A stretch of DNA of 64,000 bases. Source: an uncultured Chlamydiae bacterium. Lineage in GTDB: Bacteria; Chlamydiota; Chlamydiia; Chlamydiales; SM23-39. The stretch spans positions 1,600,001 to 1,664,000 of the forward strand of contig CAWHDP010000002.1 in NCBI GenBank assembly GCA_963828125.1, written 5' to 3'. Under the pieces are notes generated by a model. That model made no database searches, was not told the origin of the DNA, and saw only the letters and a program-made list of their open reading frames with translations. Every line of letters starts with the position of its first letter. Within the stretch, counting starts at the first letter, position 1. Positions 20,251 through 30,900 of the stretch are shown here, in pieces. The translations under genes and the position numbers were made by a program.

Positions 20251-23067
20251 TCAAGCTCCTTGAATAAGGGTGGGGATTTTCCGGCTGCTTGTGTGGGGCC
20301 CGAATTGCTGGGGCATCATTTCGAAGCGGAATAGATCGCGGGCGATCTCTTGGCGCAAACGGGTAGAGAACGCCTCAAAAAGAGCGAACGATTCGTGTTT
20401 GAATTCGAGGAGGGGATCTTTCTGGCCGACAGTGCGCATGTGGACGTCTGAGCGGAGATGGTCGATTGCGAGGAGATGCTCTTGCCAAAGCTGGTCGTTT
20501 TTTCGGACCATGAGATTTCGAATGACCTCCTGGAGAACGTTTTGCGCTTTCTCAGCGTCGTTGAGATCGGGCCGGAAAGAGGAGAGGAGTTGTCTTTGGA
20601 AGAAAATTTTTTGCTGAAACCCTTCTAAGATTTTGCCGACGATCTCTTTTTCATCGGTCATCCCTTCAAACGCGAAGGGGAAATAGGGGGCGAGCGCTTG
20701 GGGATTGTTGGGGTGTTCCGCGAGGAGTTGCCGTGCGGCGGCCTCCAATAATTCCTCTCCGATCTGAATCGGTTTTTCGGCAAAGAGGAGATCATTTCTA
20801 AAGGCGTAGACCTCCCTCCGCTGTTTATTCATAACGTCATCGTATTCGAGGGTGTGTTTTCGGATTGTGTAGTTTCTCTGTTCGACCCGCTTTTGTGCGG
20901 TTTCGATCGATTTATTCAGCACTTTGGCCGAGATCGGCTCTCCTTCGGGCGGGCGGAATCTTTGCAAAAGGGCGGTCATCCGGGGCGAGGCGAAGAGGCG
21001 CATGAGAGAGTCTTCGAAGGAGACGAAGAATTTGGATGAACCGGGATCGCCGAGCCGTCCCGACCTCCCTCTCAGTTGTCGATCGATCCGGCGGGAGTGG
21101 TGGCGTGTCGTGCCAATGACATGGAGTCCGCCTGCCTCGCGGACGCCTGGTTTCAGTTTAATGTCGGTTCCTCTGCCTGCCATATTGGTGGCGAGCGTAA
21201 TGACGCCTGGTTTGCCCGCATCGGCGATGATTTCGGCCTCATGGGCGTGATTTTTGGCATTCAGGATCGTGTGTTCGAGTTTATTTTGTCTCAAAATGCG
21301 CGACAGCTTCTCGGACGCTTCGACCGATTCGGTTCCAATTAAAATGGGGCGTCCTTTCTCATGGACTTCTTTAATCTCTTTCAAGATCGCGTTGTATTTT
21401 TCCCTTTCGGTCATATAGATTTCGTCATCGAAATCCATCCGTGCGCAAGAGCGGTATGTCGGAATTTCTAATACGTCGAGCTTGTAGATTTCTTTGAATT
21501 CGTTCGCCTCGGTCATCGCCGTGCCGGTCATCCCAGCGAGCCGCTCGTACATCCGGAAGTAATTTTGGAGCGTGATTGTCGCGTAAGTCTGCGTTTCACC
21601 TTGGATAGGGGCGTCTTCTTTGGCTTCGATGGCCTGGTGGAGCCCATCGGAGAAGCGGCGCCCTGGCTGAGGGCGGCCCGTATTTTCGTCGATGATCACG
21701 ATTTTCTCGTCCTGCACGATATAATCGACGTCTTTCTCCATTAAGAGGTGGGCTCTGAGCATCTGCCGGAGATTGTGGGCCCGCTCTTTCCTTTTTGAAT
21801 CCTCTTCCCGCAAAGCGATTTTCGCCTTCATTTTTTCCGGCTCGGAAGCGTCGCTTTGATCGATCGCGAGGTATTCGTGTCCCAGATCGAGCATCATAAA
21901 ATCATCCGTGCCGACCCCTCCTTTCCCTTCACTCCAGCTCCGGATCCCTTTATCGCTCAGTTCGTATTCGTTGTTCCGTTCGTCGACGATCATATAAAGA
22001 TCGGCTAGCGTCTGAAATTTTTCCTCTTTATTCGCCTCGCCGAAAAAATAAGTCTCCCACTTATCGATCTCAGCTCTGACGTCGGGATTTTCTTTCAGCC
22101 GCTTGAGAACTTTATTGCGGGGCGTCCCCTTACTGACGAGCCACAGTTTTTTATAGGCGTCTTGTTTCTGCTCTTCTTCAGCCTTATTCAATTTTTTGGG
22201 CGATGCGCTCTCCTCGACAATCCCCAAGGATTCCAGTGTGCGGCGCGCCTCAGCTGCGAGTCGATTGCAGTGATCCCTTTGGACTCGCACCAGTTGGGCG
22301 ACCCCCTCTTTGAGTTCGTCGTACATTTGACGGCTCTCGTGAACTGGGCCGGAGATGATGAGCGGCGTTCTCGCCTCATCGATCAAAATGGAGTCTATCT
22401 CGTCGACCATTGCGAAATAGTGGCCTCGCTGCACTTGTTCGTTTTTGTGCATCGCCATCGAATTGTCCCGGAGATAATCGAAGCCGAATTCAGAAGCTGT
22501 CCCATAGACGATGTCGGAGCGATAGACCTCTTTCCTTTGGAATGGGTGGACGTCATTTGTGAGCGAGGCGACTGTCAATCCGAGTTTACGGAAAATCGAG
22601 CCGATCCACTCGCAGTCCCTTTTCGCTAGGTAGTCGTTGACGGTGACGAGATGAACCGGTTTGCCGGTGATCGCATGCAAGTAGAGGGGCATGGATGCGG
22701 TGAGGGTCTTCCCCTCGCCTGTTTGCATTTCGGCGATCGAACCATAAAACATTGCGATGGCGCCGACGATCTGGACGTCATAGGGGATCATGTCCCATTT
22801 TTGGTCATAGCCCGATACATGGACGTCGGCGCCGCACAGCCTGCGGCACACATTTTTGACTGCGGCGAACGCCTCTGGCAGCATGGCGTCGAGCGGCTCG
22901 CCTTTAGCAAGCCTTTCCTTGAATTCAAGAGTCTTGTTGCGCAGCGCATCGTCCGAGAGGGTTTGATACTGCAATTCCCAGGCATTGACTTTAGGGACAA
23001 GCTGCCAATATTTTTTCAGGAGACGGGACTGGTGGGTTCCGAAGATTTTTTTAAGCACGCCGAACAT
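20251..23067 (-). CDS. secA: Preprotein translocase subunit SecA
   Basis: EMQTGEGKT, VTVNDYLAKRD, DEIDSILIDEARTPLIISG, ATNMAGRGTDI, QLRGRSGRLGDPG. Confidence 0.97.
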   Translation of the reverse strand: MFGVLKKIFGTHQSRLLKKYWQLVPKVNAWELQYQTLSDDALRNKTLEFKERLAKGEPLDAMLPEAFAAVKNVCRRLCGADVHVSGYDQKWDMIPYDVQIVGAIAMFYGSIAEMQTGEGKTLTASMPLYLHAITGKPVHLVTVNDYLAKRDCEWIGSIFRKLGLTVASLTNDVHPFQRKEVYRSDIVYGTASEFGFDYLRDNSMAMHKNEQVQRGHYFAMVDEIDSILIDEARTPLIISGPVHESRQMYDELKEGVAQLVRVQRDHCNRLAAEARRTLESLGIVEESASPKKLNKAEEEQKQDAYKKLWLVSKGTPRNKVLKRLKENPDVRAEIDKWETYFFGEANKEEKFQTLADLYMIVDERNNEYELSDKGIRSWSEGKGGVGTDDFMMLDLGHEYLAIDQSDASEPEKMKAKIALREEDSKRKERAHNLRQMLRAHLLMEKDVDYIVQDEKIVIIDENTGRPQPGRRFSDGLHQAIEAKEDAPIQGETQTYATITLQNYFRMYERLAGMTGTAMTEANEFKEIYKLDVLEIPTYRSCARMDFDDEIYMTEREKYNAILKEIKEVHEKGRPILIGTESVEASEKLSRILRQNKLEHTILNAKNHAHEAEIIADAGKPGVITLATNMAGRGTDIKLKPGVREAGGLHVIGTTRHHSRRIDRQLRGRSGRLGDPGSSKFFVSFEDSLMRLFASPRMTALLQRFRPPEGEPISAKVLNKSIETAQKRVEQRNYTIRKHTLEYDDVMNKQRREVYAFRNDLLFAEKPIQIGEELLEAAARQLLAEHPNNPQALAPYFPFAFEGMTDEKEIVGKILEGFQQKIFFQRQLLSSFRPDLNDAEKAQNVLQEVIRNLMVRKNDQLWQEHLLAIDHLRSDVHMRTVGQKDPLLEFKHESFALFEAFSTRLRQEIARDLFRFEMMPQQFGPHTSSRKIPTLIQGA

Positions 23068-23181
23068 GAACAACCCTAATCGATTTGACAAAATTTTAGT
23101 AGGAACTCTCATTTCACACAAGGTATAAAATTTAAATCAAGTTGTTGAAAAAATTGATTCACATCGATACCCTATTTGAGA

Positions 23182-24084
23182 ATGGAAATTATTTATATTG
23201 ACCGGGAAACAAGCGAAAAACGGCTCGAGAAAGTCTATGGGCAAAAAGCCCTAGCCTTTTTTTACGGCGACGGTTTTTTGAGAGGGCTCTTATCAAAGAT
23301 CTTCCTTCCGATTTTGGCCTACATGCCATTTTTTTCTGCATGGTACGGTTTTTTGCAAAAGCGGCCTGCGAGCGTGAAAAAAATCGGTCCGTTTATTGAG
23401 GCCTACGGGATTGACTCTAGCGAATTTCTTCAGTCGGATTTCGGCTCCTTCAACGATTTTTTCATCCGGAAACTGAGGCCGGCCTCCCGCCCCATCATTT
23501 CTGATCCGGACGCTCTGGCTATGCCTGCCGACGGGAGGTATTTAGTCTATCCGACCTTTCGGCAATTTTTGATCAAAGGGCGCGCTTTTTCCATTGACGA
23601 TTTTCTGCAAAATACGGCTGCAGCCAACCGGTACGTCGATGGGTCTATGGCGATTGTCCGCCTTTGTCCCTCCGATTACCACCGGTTCCATTTTCCTTGC
23701 GGCGGAACCCCCTCCAGGGCTCTTCTTATCAATGGTCCTCTCTATTCGGTCAATCCGATCGCTCTTCGGAAACGGATTTCTATCTTAGCCGAGAATAAGC
23801 GGATGATCACCGAAGTGGAGGCGGGCCTTTTTGGCACTCTCCTCTATATAGAAATTGGGGCGACGAACGTCGGATCGATTAGGCAGACCTACGTGGCTGG
23901 CCAGCCCGTTCAAAAAGGGGACGAGAAGGGGTATTTTGAGTTCGGCGGTTCGTGCATTGTCTTGCTGTTTGAAAAAGGGCGCATTTGTTTCGACGAAGAT
24001 CTCGTCCGGAATACCGAAGCGGGATTCGAGACCCTCGGCAGATTCGGCCAGTCGCTTGGACGACCCCTAAATAAGCTGGGATAG
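23182..24084 (+). CDS. psd: Phosphatidylserine decarboxylase proenzyme
   Basis: SFNDFFIRKL, PADGR, RLCPSDYHRFHFP, FEFGGS cleavage motif. Confidence 0.93.
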   Translation: MEIIYIDRETSEKRLEKVYGQKALAFFYGDGFLRGLLSKIFLPILAYMPFFSAWYGFLQKRPASVKKIGPFIEAYGIDSSEFLQSDFGSFNDFFIRKLRPASRPIISDPDALAMPADGRYLVYPTFRQFLIKGRAFSIDDFLQNTAAANRYVDGSMAIVRLCPSDYHRFHFPCGGTPSRALLINGPLYSVNPIALRKRISILAENKRMITEVEAGLFGTLLYIEIGATNVGSIRQTYVAGQPVQKGDEKGYFEFGGSCIVLLFEKGRICFDEDLVRNTEAGFETLGRFGQSLGRPLNKLG

Positions 24085-24140
24085 GCATGTTTTCGCAGGG
24101 ACGATGATGGGTTCTTTATGAGAAAAACGGTCTTGATCTG

Positions 24141-24156
24141 TACTGCGGCCGCAGTA
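24141..24156. repeat. 16-bp perfect palindrome related to the 17150 element
   Basis: TACTGCGGCCGCAGTA between convergent psd and PAP2 genes. Confidence 0.6.
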
Positions 24157-24169
24157 TATGTGAAATGAG

Positions 24170-25030
24170 TCAAGAGGTTGTTCGGGTCATGCTTCTTACA
24201 ATGGGGCTTGCGGCTAGGCTCATAAAGAGGCCGGAGACGAGTGATTTGAGGAAGCTCTTCTCGCCTGGAAGGAGGAGGACGATGAGAAAAAGGATGGCGA
24301 CGCCGATGAAGGCTCTGCCGATTCCTTCGCTGAGGTTTTTGGGGGCAGGGAGGAAGAGGTGGTATTGAAGGGAAAAGTAGGCGCCGAGGCCGATCCCGAT
24401 CGTTGAACCCATCACGAAATAGACGCTCGGTAGGGGGAAGGCGATCATGACGGCAAGGGGGATGGCGAGGCTGAGAAGGAGGGTAAAGTAGAGCCCCTTT
24501 TTGGCGATCCAGCCTTCGATGCGATCGTTTAAAGTGATGAATAGAACGAGCATGACCCAAGCGATGATCCAGCCGCCGAGGATGTCTAGGGGGTAATGGA
24601 CCCCGAGGTAGAGGCGGGAAAAGCTAACGAGGAAGATGTATAGCGAACCGATGACCCAAGCGGCCCGGGTTCTCCAATAGTAGATCAAGAGTCCGCCAAG
24701 AAACATGCAGATGAGGGCCCCGCCGCTAGGAAAACCGAAGGAAGAGGGGTGATAGAGGCCGATTGCGGGGAGATCTGTGCTGGGACGGGGCCAGCCGATT
24801 GAATTTTTAGCGAAATTGATGATGAGAGAGTTGAGGGTAAACCAATAAAAAATCCGGAGGCCCCATTGATAGGATATCCCTAACCAAACAGCTGGAATCA
24901 GCACAAAAAAGAAATAGGGAGTGTCGAAGTAGTTTAAAAATCGGAAAAAAGGATCGAGAAGTTCGCTCCTTTGGCCTGCTAAACGGGTGACGAATTCTAA
25001 CTGTTCTTGATGAAACGGCAGATGGGGCAT
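24170..25030 (-). CDS. PAP2 family membrane phosphatase
   Basis: K....WPRP, GFPSG (the usual PSGH His is replaced), SRLYLGVHYPLDILGG. Confidence 0.85.
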   Translation of the reverse strand: MPHLPFHQEQLEFVTRLAGQRSELLDPFFRFLNYFDTPYFFFVLIPAVWLGISYQWGLRIFYWFTLNSLIINFAKNSIGWPRPSTDLPAIGLYHPSSFGFPSGGALICMFLGGLLIYYWRTRAAWVIGSLYIFLVSFSRLYLGVHYPLDILGGWIIAWVMLVLFITLNDRIEGWIAKKGLYFTLLLSLAIPLAVMIAFPLPSVYFVMGSTIGIGLGAYFSLQYHLFLPAPKNLSEGIGRAFIGVAILFLIVLLLPGEKSFLKSLVSGLFMSLAASPIVRSMTRTTS

Positions 25031-25620
25031 TGTTCTTGTCTATGGCCTCTGGCTGGGCAGTATTTTCTTGCGAAATAGATCATTTGCAAGTGGAGTTTAA
25101 TCCATTGGTCTTTAGGAAACAAGCGTTTGAGATCCCGTTCAGTCTCGGCGACTGTTTTCCCGCGGCTGAGGCCCCATCTATGGGCGCACCGGTGGATGTG
25201 TGTATCGACCGGAAACGCCGGCTGATGAAACGCTTGAGCCATGATGACTGAGGCCGTTTTGTGGCCGACGCCGGGCAAGCTTTCGAGCGCTTCAAACGCA
25301 GCTGGGACTTGTCCTTGAAACTCTTTGATGAGTCGGTGGGACAGATTCCAGATAGCGCGCGCTTTGGTTGGCGCAAGACCGCAGGGGCGGATGATAGCCT
25401 CGATCTCTTTGGGCGTAAGGGCTGCCATTTTTTGCGGCGTGTCCGCTACAGCGAACAGTTTTGGCGTGATGAGATTGACCCGTGCGTCGGTGCATTGGGC
25501 CGAGAGGAGTACGGCGATGAGGAGCGTGTAGGGATCTTTATGTTCAAGAGGGATTTTGGGACGAGGAAATAGTTCGTCTAAAATGACTTCGATTTTTTGA
25601 GTCCAGATTTTTTTTTGCAT
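24997..25620 (-). CDS. nth: Endonuclease III
   Basis: LLIAVLLSAQCTDARVN, LPGVGHKTA, VDTHIHR. Confidence 0.93.
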   Translation of the reverse strand: MQKKIWTQKIEVILDELFPRPKIPLEHKDPYTLLIAVLLSAQCTDARVNLITPKLFAVADTPQKMAALTPKEIEAIIRPCGLAPTKARAIWNLSHRLIKEFQGQVPAAFEALESLPGVGHKTASVIMAQAFHQPAFPVDTHIHRCAHRWGLSRGKTVAETERDLKRLFPKDQWIKLHLQMIYFARKYCPARGHRQEQCPICRFIKNS

Positions 25621-25681
25621 CGGGGGTGCGCCACAAATTCTTGCTTCAGGATAAATCAATTTTCCCCCATAATCTAGTAGA

Positions 25682-26527
25682 ATGATGCATGGGACAAAAT
25701 GGTTGCTTGTTTCTCTCTTGGCGGCGTTTTGTTTTTGGTTTCCAGCCGCCTTTAAGAGATGGACGCACGCCTTTCGCCCTCAAAAGTGTCTAGTTGAATG
25801 GCCTTTCAACCCAGCGTGGGAATTCCCTCCCCTTTCGCGGGAAAAAAAGGCCGAAATAACGGCGGTTTTGAACGGCCCATTTTCTTATTTGGCAAAAGGG
25901 GCTCAAAGCTATGTATTTTTGAGCCGCGATCAAAAATATGTCCTGAAATTGTTCCGTTTCGATACCTGCAAAGTCCCCTTCGGGCAAAAAGCGATGAGGG
26001 CGTTTAGAAAGTGGGCGGGCATGAGAGAAAAATACTTTCTATCGACTTCGTTGCGGGCGCCCAAGATCTTCAACTCTTGTCAGTGGGCTTGCAGTCTCGC
26101 TCCGAGTCAAACAGGGGTGGTCTTTGCCCATCTCAATCCGAAATCGGCCGATCTTCCGGTTGTCACGCTCAAAGATCGGCTGGGGCGCAGCCATCAGATC
26201 GATCCGGCCAAATACCGGTTTGTTTTACAAAAAAAAGCGGAACCGTTTGGGGTTCTCCGTTCTAAAGAGGAGATTCAGCCGTATATTGATTCGTATTTTA
26301 CTCTCCTAGATGAAATCGGGAACTTAGGTCTTGTCAATTTAGATACTAAACTGGGAGGCAATTTTGGTTTTATCGACGGGAAAGCGGCGATGATCGATTT
26401 CGGAAACATCCATCTTCTCCCTGAGCAAGCGGCTGATCGAACGGCTATTTTTTCTTTGTTGCTTGAGACGTGGCTGAAAAAAAACGGACTATTTTCCAAG
26501 GCAAAACTTCGAGAAGATCGCGGATAA
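25682..26527 (+). CDS. Membrane-anchored or exported protein-kinase-like protein
   Basis: N-terminal hydrophobic segment; YLAKGAQSYVF, VLKLF, DTKLGGN, IDFG. Confidence 0.6.
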   Translation: MMHGTKWLLVSLLAAFCFWFPAAFKRWTHAFRPQKCLVEWPFNPAWEFPPLSREKKAEITAVLNGPFSYLAKGAQSYVFLSRDQKYVLKLFRFDTCKVPFGQKAMRAFRKWAGMREKYFLSTSLRAPKIFNSCQWACSLAPSQTGVVFAHLNPKSADLPVVTLKDRLGRSHQIDPAKYRFVLQKKAEPFGVLRSKEEIQPYIDSYFTLLDEIGNLGLVNLDTKLGGNFGFIDGKAAMIDFGNIHLLPEQAADRTAIFSLLLETWLKKNGLFSKAKLREDRG

Positions 26528-27829
26528 GATCTCTTCAGTGACATTTGTGCCGATGATGGCGCCGAGTTCGTTCAGCGCAGCTCTCATGTCGGAGGTGGAA
26601 AATTCAGCTGAAATTCCCGATTTGAGCCCCTGAACCACGGTTCGGCAGAAATTGATCGCGTTTGTGAGAGCCTGATGGTGGCGCAATTTTGTGATGAGCA
26701 CCTCATCTTTGGCGGGGATTCCTCCCTTCCAGACGATCCGCTCGATCGCCCCCTTCAACTCCTCGAGGCCTAATTGTTCGCGGGCCGAGACGTGGATGCC
26801 TTTGATCTCCTCCGAGGGGGCGGCTACATCGATCTTATTCCAAATCACGAGGGTTTTTTGGGGAGGCGCGATCCGGAGAAGCTCTCTGTCTTGGGCCTCA
26901 AGGGGGCGGCTGGCGTCGAGAAGAAGCAAGATGAGATCGGCTTCGCGCATGGCGGCGTGCGAGCGGCGGATCCCCTCCTTCTCGACGATCTCTTCTGTAT
27001 CGCGAATGCCAGCCGTGTCGACGAGTTTAAAATGGAGCTGTCCAAGCCGCAAGTCTTCTTCGAGAAGATCTCTGGTAGTGCCTGGAATTTCTGTCACAAT
27101 GGCCCGCTCTTTGCCGAGTAGAGCGTTCATCAGGGAGGATTTCCCGACATTTGGGGAACCGAGGAGACAAAGGGACAGCCCCTCGTGAAGCGTTTTGCCG
27201 TCGTGAAAAGTCGCTTGGAGGTTCTCCATCTGCTGAAGAGTCGCCTCTAGCGTCGCCGTGAGCTCATCGATGGTGGCGAATTCGAGTCCCTCTTCGGGGA
27301 AATCGACCCAAGCCTCAAGGATCGCTGCGATATCGGTCAATTTTTTTTGAAACAACCGGATTTTTTCCGATAAAGTTCCCTGCAACTGCTTTTCGGCATT
27401 CTCTAAGGCGCGCTCACTTTTGGCTGCGATGAGTTCTTGCACTGCTTCGGCCTGCGCGAGATCGATCTTGCCGTTGAGATAGGCCCGGAGTGAAAATTCG
27501 CCAGGCTGGGCGGGGCGAGCGCCCGCTGCAAAAATCCTCTCGAGGATTCGCCGCGTCACGAGTTGGCCTCCATGGCACGAAATCTCAACGGAGTCCTCGC
27601 CCGTATACGAATTGGGCCCCTTCATCACCAAAAGGAGGACGCTGTCGATAGGGACGCCATCTGCTTTTAGGATGAACCCATAATGGGCGGTATGTGTCTT
27701 AAAATTTTGAATAGGGCGGGAGAAAATTTTACTTGCGAGCTCAAACGCACCTGCCCCAGAAACCCGGATAACGGCAATGGCCCCCTCTCCAGGGGCGGTG
27801 GCGATGGCTGCAATCAGTTCGTGTGGCAT
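26489..27829 (-). CDS. mnmE: tRNA modification GTPase MnmE
   Basis: IAAIATAPG, GSPNVGKSS, PGTTRD, DTAG, NKID, C-terminal FCLGK. Confidence 0.96.
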   Translation of the reverse strand: MPHELIAAIATAPGEGAIAVIRVSGAGAFELASKIFSRPIQNFKTHTAHYGFILKADGVPIDSVLLLVMKGPNSYTGEDSVEISCHGGQLVTRRILERIFAAGARPAQPGEFSLRAYLNGKIDLAQAEAVQELIAAKSERALENAEKQLQGTLSEKIRLFQKKLTDIAAILEAWVDFPEEGLEFATIDELTATLEATLQQMENLQATFHDGKTLHEGLSLCLLGSPNVGKSSLMNALLGKERAIVTEIPGTTRDLLEEDLRLGQLHFKLVDTAGIRDTEEIVEKEGIRRSHAAMREADLILLLLDASRPLEAQDRELLRIAPPQKTLVIWNKIDVAAPSEEIKGIHVSAREQLGLEELKGAIERIVWKGGIPAKDEVLITKLRHHQALTNAINFCRTVVQGLKSGISAEFSTSDMRAALNELGAIIGTNVTEEILSAIFSKFCLGK

Positions 27830-27929
27830 AACGTGGGGCGAGGATAGCATGTATAGACAAATATGCACCACTCTTATGAGCCTATCCGCAGCCTCCCATC
27901 TTTTTCTCCCGACATTAAGGATAGGCTCA

Positions 27930-30900
27930 TCAAAAAAGGCGATGTTGCTCAAAAAGCTGTTTAAGGGCGCTCTGTGGATATTCGGCGGCGCTTTTCTGTT
28001 TCCATTTTAAAATTTCTTGTTCAAAGACTTTTTGCACTTCAGAAAGAGGGTCTTTTGGTTGGCTAAACCAAGACTGAATCTGCTCTCCCACAGTGGCTTG
28101 GGTGTGTTGGAGTTCCGAAAACCACGCTCCAAGACATCGCAGTTCTACTTGGGAGTAATGAACCTCTCCGTTAAAAAATTTCGCCTGCGCTTTTAGTTTC
28201 ATGAAATGAAGGTCGGTATGCAACGTCTCCTCAGAGGGAAATCCAGGTCCTTGAGAGTATAGGCCATAATCAATATGGTACAGGGCGAGGCGGATTCCCT
28301 TTTCCAGACTGGATCGTTCTCTGGTCAGTCTCTCTTCAAATTGCTTGGCTTCGTCTTGGTTGATCAACATCATACGGAGTTCTCCAGTCGCAAGATCTTG
28401 AATGAGGAGGGTCTCTTGGACGATGTCTTGATGTTTGCCGAAGGGGGTGAATGGATAGACGGATCGCCCCTCACCGTGTAGGGGGAGAAAGCTTGCGCTG
28501 GCTGTGAGGGCGGGATCGAAGGGGATGGACATTTTAAAGGGTTTTAGCGCCTCTTTGACTGCCACCACGGGGGTCAGTTTTTGGGCGCGGAATAGATCCA
28601 GAGGGTATGCGTCTTGGATGCTTAAGGTTAGCTGAGAGAGGGCAGCAGCAGCCGTTGGATGGAAGTCGTCTGCAGAGAGAGGACCTTCCCAAGAAACGTG
28701 TCCCCGAGGGGTAAATTGTCGATCTTTGATAAAAAGATCCTGCTCGATCTCTTTTTCCACCTCCTGCTCTTGCTCTTGCTCTTGCTCTTGCTCTTGCTCG
28801 GTTTGTGTTTCAGTTTCTACTTCCCTTTCGTAATTTGACGCTAATGAGGAGATTTCATCGGGTAGGTTCTGCAACTCGGCCGCTCCGATTCCTTTGATCT
28901 GGGTCTGAATTTTCTTCTGGCTATCTTGAGAAAATGTTTGAAATGTGTGGCTTAAGAGGATTTGTCCGATTTGATGTTGAACGGCAGCGCCTTTTGGAGT
29001 TGGGCGGGCTATCTGTCCATATCTTTCATAGGGGTCTCGCCCCTTTTCTAGATAAAAGAGTTCCTTCAAAATACTCCGATTCGGCGCCTTCTGCTTGACA
29101 TCGCAAATTTGGTGAAAGACGGGGCTGATTAATTCGTTTGCGAGCTTATACTTCAGTGCTCGTGCAGCATGATCTTTGCCCATTGCTTTTTCTTTCAGCC
29201 AGCAGTATTTGAAGAGGTCTTCTGTTTCAAGCGCTACGTCTTTGGGTCTGCCGGTTTCTTGGTGGAGTATTTTTTGGATAAAGGCGGCCTCCTCTTCAGC
29301 AATAGCAAATTGGACGGTTTGCCCTTGATGTAGAGAGCGGAGTCTCCAGACCGATTGGCTCAGCTCAAAAAAGGAAGTGTGCCGTCCGGCTGTGATGATG
29401 GCTTTAGCGGCAGGTCCAAGGGGGACGTCGGAGCCTGTATTATGTTTTTGATCCCAGTAGGCGAGGAGCTCTTCTTTGGGAAACGGGCAGGCTGAATAGT
29501 TGATGGGATCCTGACCGCGGAGGCACACTTTGAGCAAGTCGCCTTCATAGTACACGACTCCTTTAGCGTTTGAATTGGCTAAGAGCGCCTCGGCTACTTC
29601 CCTGTTTTTCATTTGGCGGAAAACGGCCCCTCGATCTCCAAGAGATTGGCCGGAGAGAGTCTTTAATAGCTCTTTGGGCCCTTTAGGAACAAGCAGGGGC
29701 GCTTTTTGCATTTGTAGGAGGTGGAGGGTATAGGTTTGGGTATCGGATTGAATCCGGCGATGAAATTCTTTGGGGAATGTGTTGCTATTCCAATTCGTCC
29801 CGCTAAATCCCCGGATCTCTTTGACCAGAAGGGGGAGAATATGTCCATTGGTGAAGAGCTGGGTTGGATAGGTGCGCAAATTCGGCAAAATCCATGAACG
29901 GATCAATTGGAGTTTAAGTTCTGGCTTTTCATTGATGTTTTTCTGGATGGCCGCGATGCACTCCGGCGCCAATGTGAATAAGAGGTATCGGTCGGTTCCA
30001 GCAAGATTGATAAAACGTTGATAGGAGGGGGTCTGATGAAGATCTTGAATTCTTAACTCCTGGATTTCTTGGAGAACCTTTTTTTTAATGAGATCCAGCT
30101 CCTGTTTGACTACTGCCGCATCGACCCCTTTGATAAAGTGGAGAAGTGTTGTGTAATTGATGGTTTCCAGATCGGATCCGAATTGCGAGCCGATGACCGG
30201 ATTTTGGCTGCCATGATAGGGGATGGCCACTTGGGTAGACTCTCCCTTGTGATGAGTCCACGGGGGCACTCCCCCGAAGTGCTCATCGATCTGTTTGCTC
30301 AGCGTGAGTCGAAGAACCCGGTTCAATTGTTCTTTTAAGGCAGCTAAGGTATTTTGCACATCACGGCTCTCTATTCGATCTACATAGATTGCGCTCTGCT
30401 GACCCTCCTCCTCTAAAAGATAGCTTCTTAGAGCGGCTTTAGAGAACGGGGCGAACTCTTTGCTTTTTAGCACCTCATCGACGAGCCCTGTTTTCCACTG
30501 AGCGTCGTACTCTTCCTTGGCAATCGGTTTGGTCCCATCCCACCCCTTTTGTAAAAGCAGATGGAGTAGGCGCATCGTCTCATCCATTTCAACGGAGGAA
30601 AGGGGTTCTTTTTCCCCTTCTGAAAAGTGGTGAGCTTGCAGACAATCGAGCAGTAGATGCATCTCATCTAGAATCAGGCTTCCCGACCGTTTCATCAGGG
30701 CGAAAATCTCTCTAAAAATGGGGGCCTCTTCCGTATTTTTATAAAGAGCGTCAATGCCGATCAGAAAAAGGGACTGCATAGAAGAGCCGCTCATTGCAAT
30801 GACCCTTCTTTTCGGAATCGCGTTTTGCATCCTCTCATAAATTCTCTTCAAATTCTGAACATTTAAGCGGGTATCGCGGTTGAAGAAAAAAACATCGATC

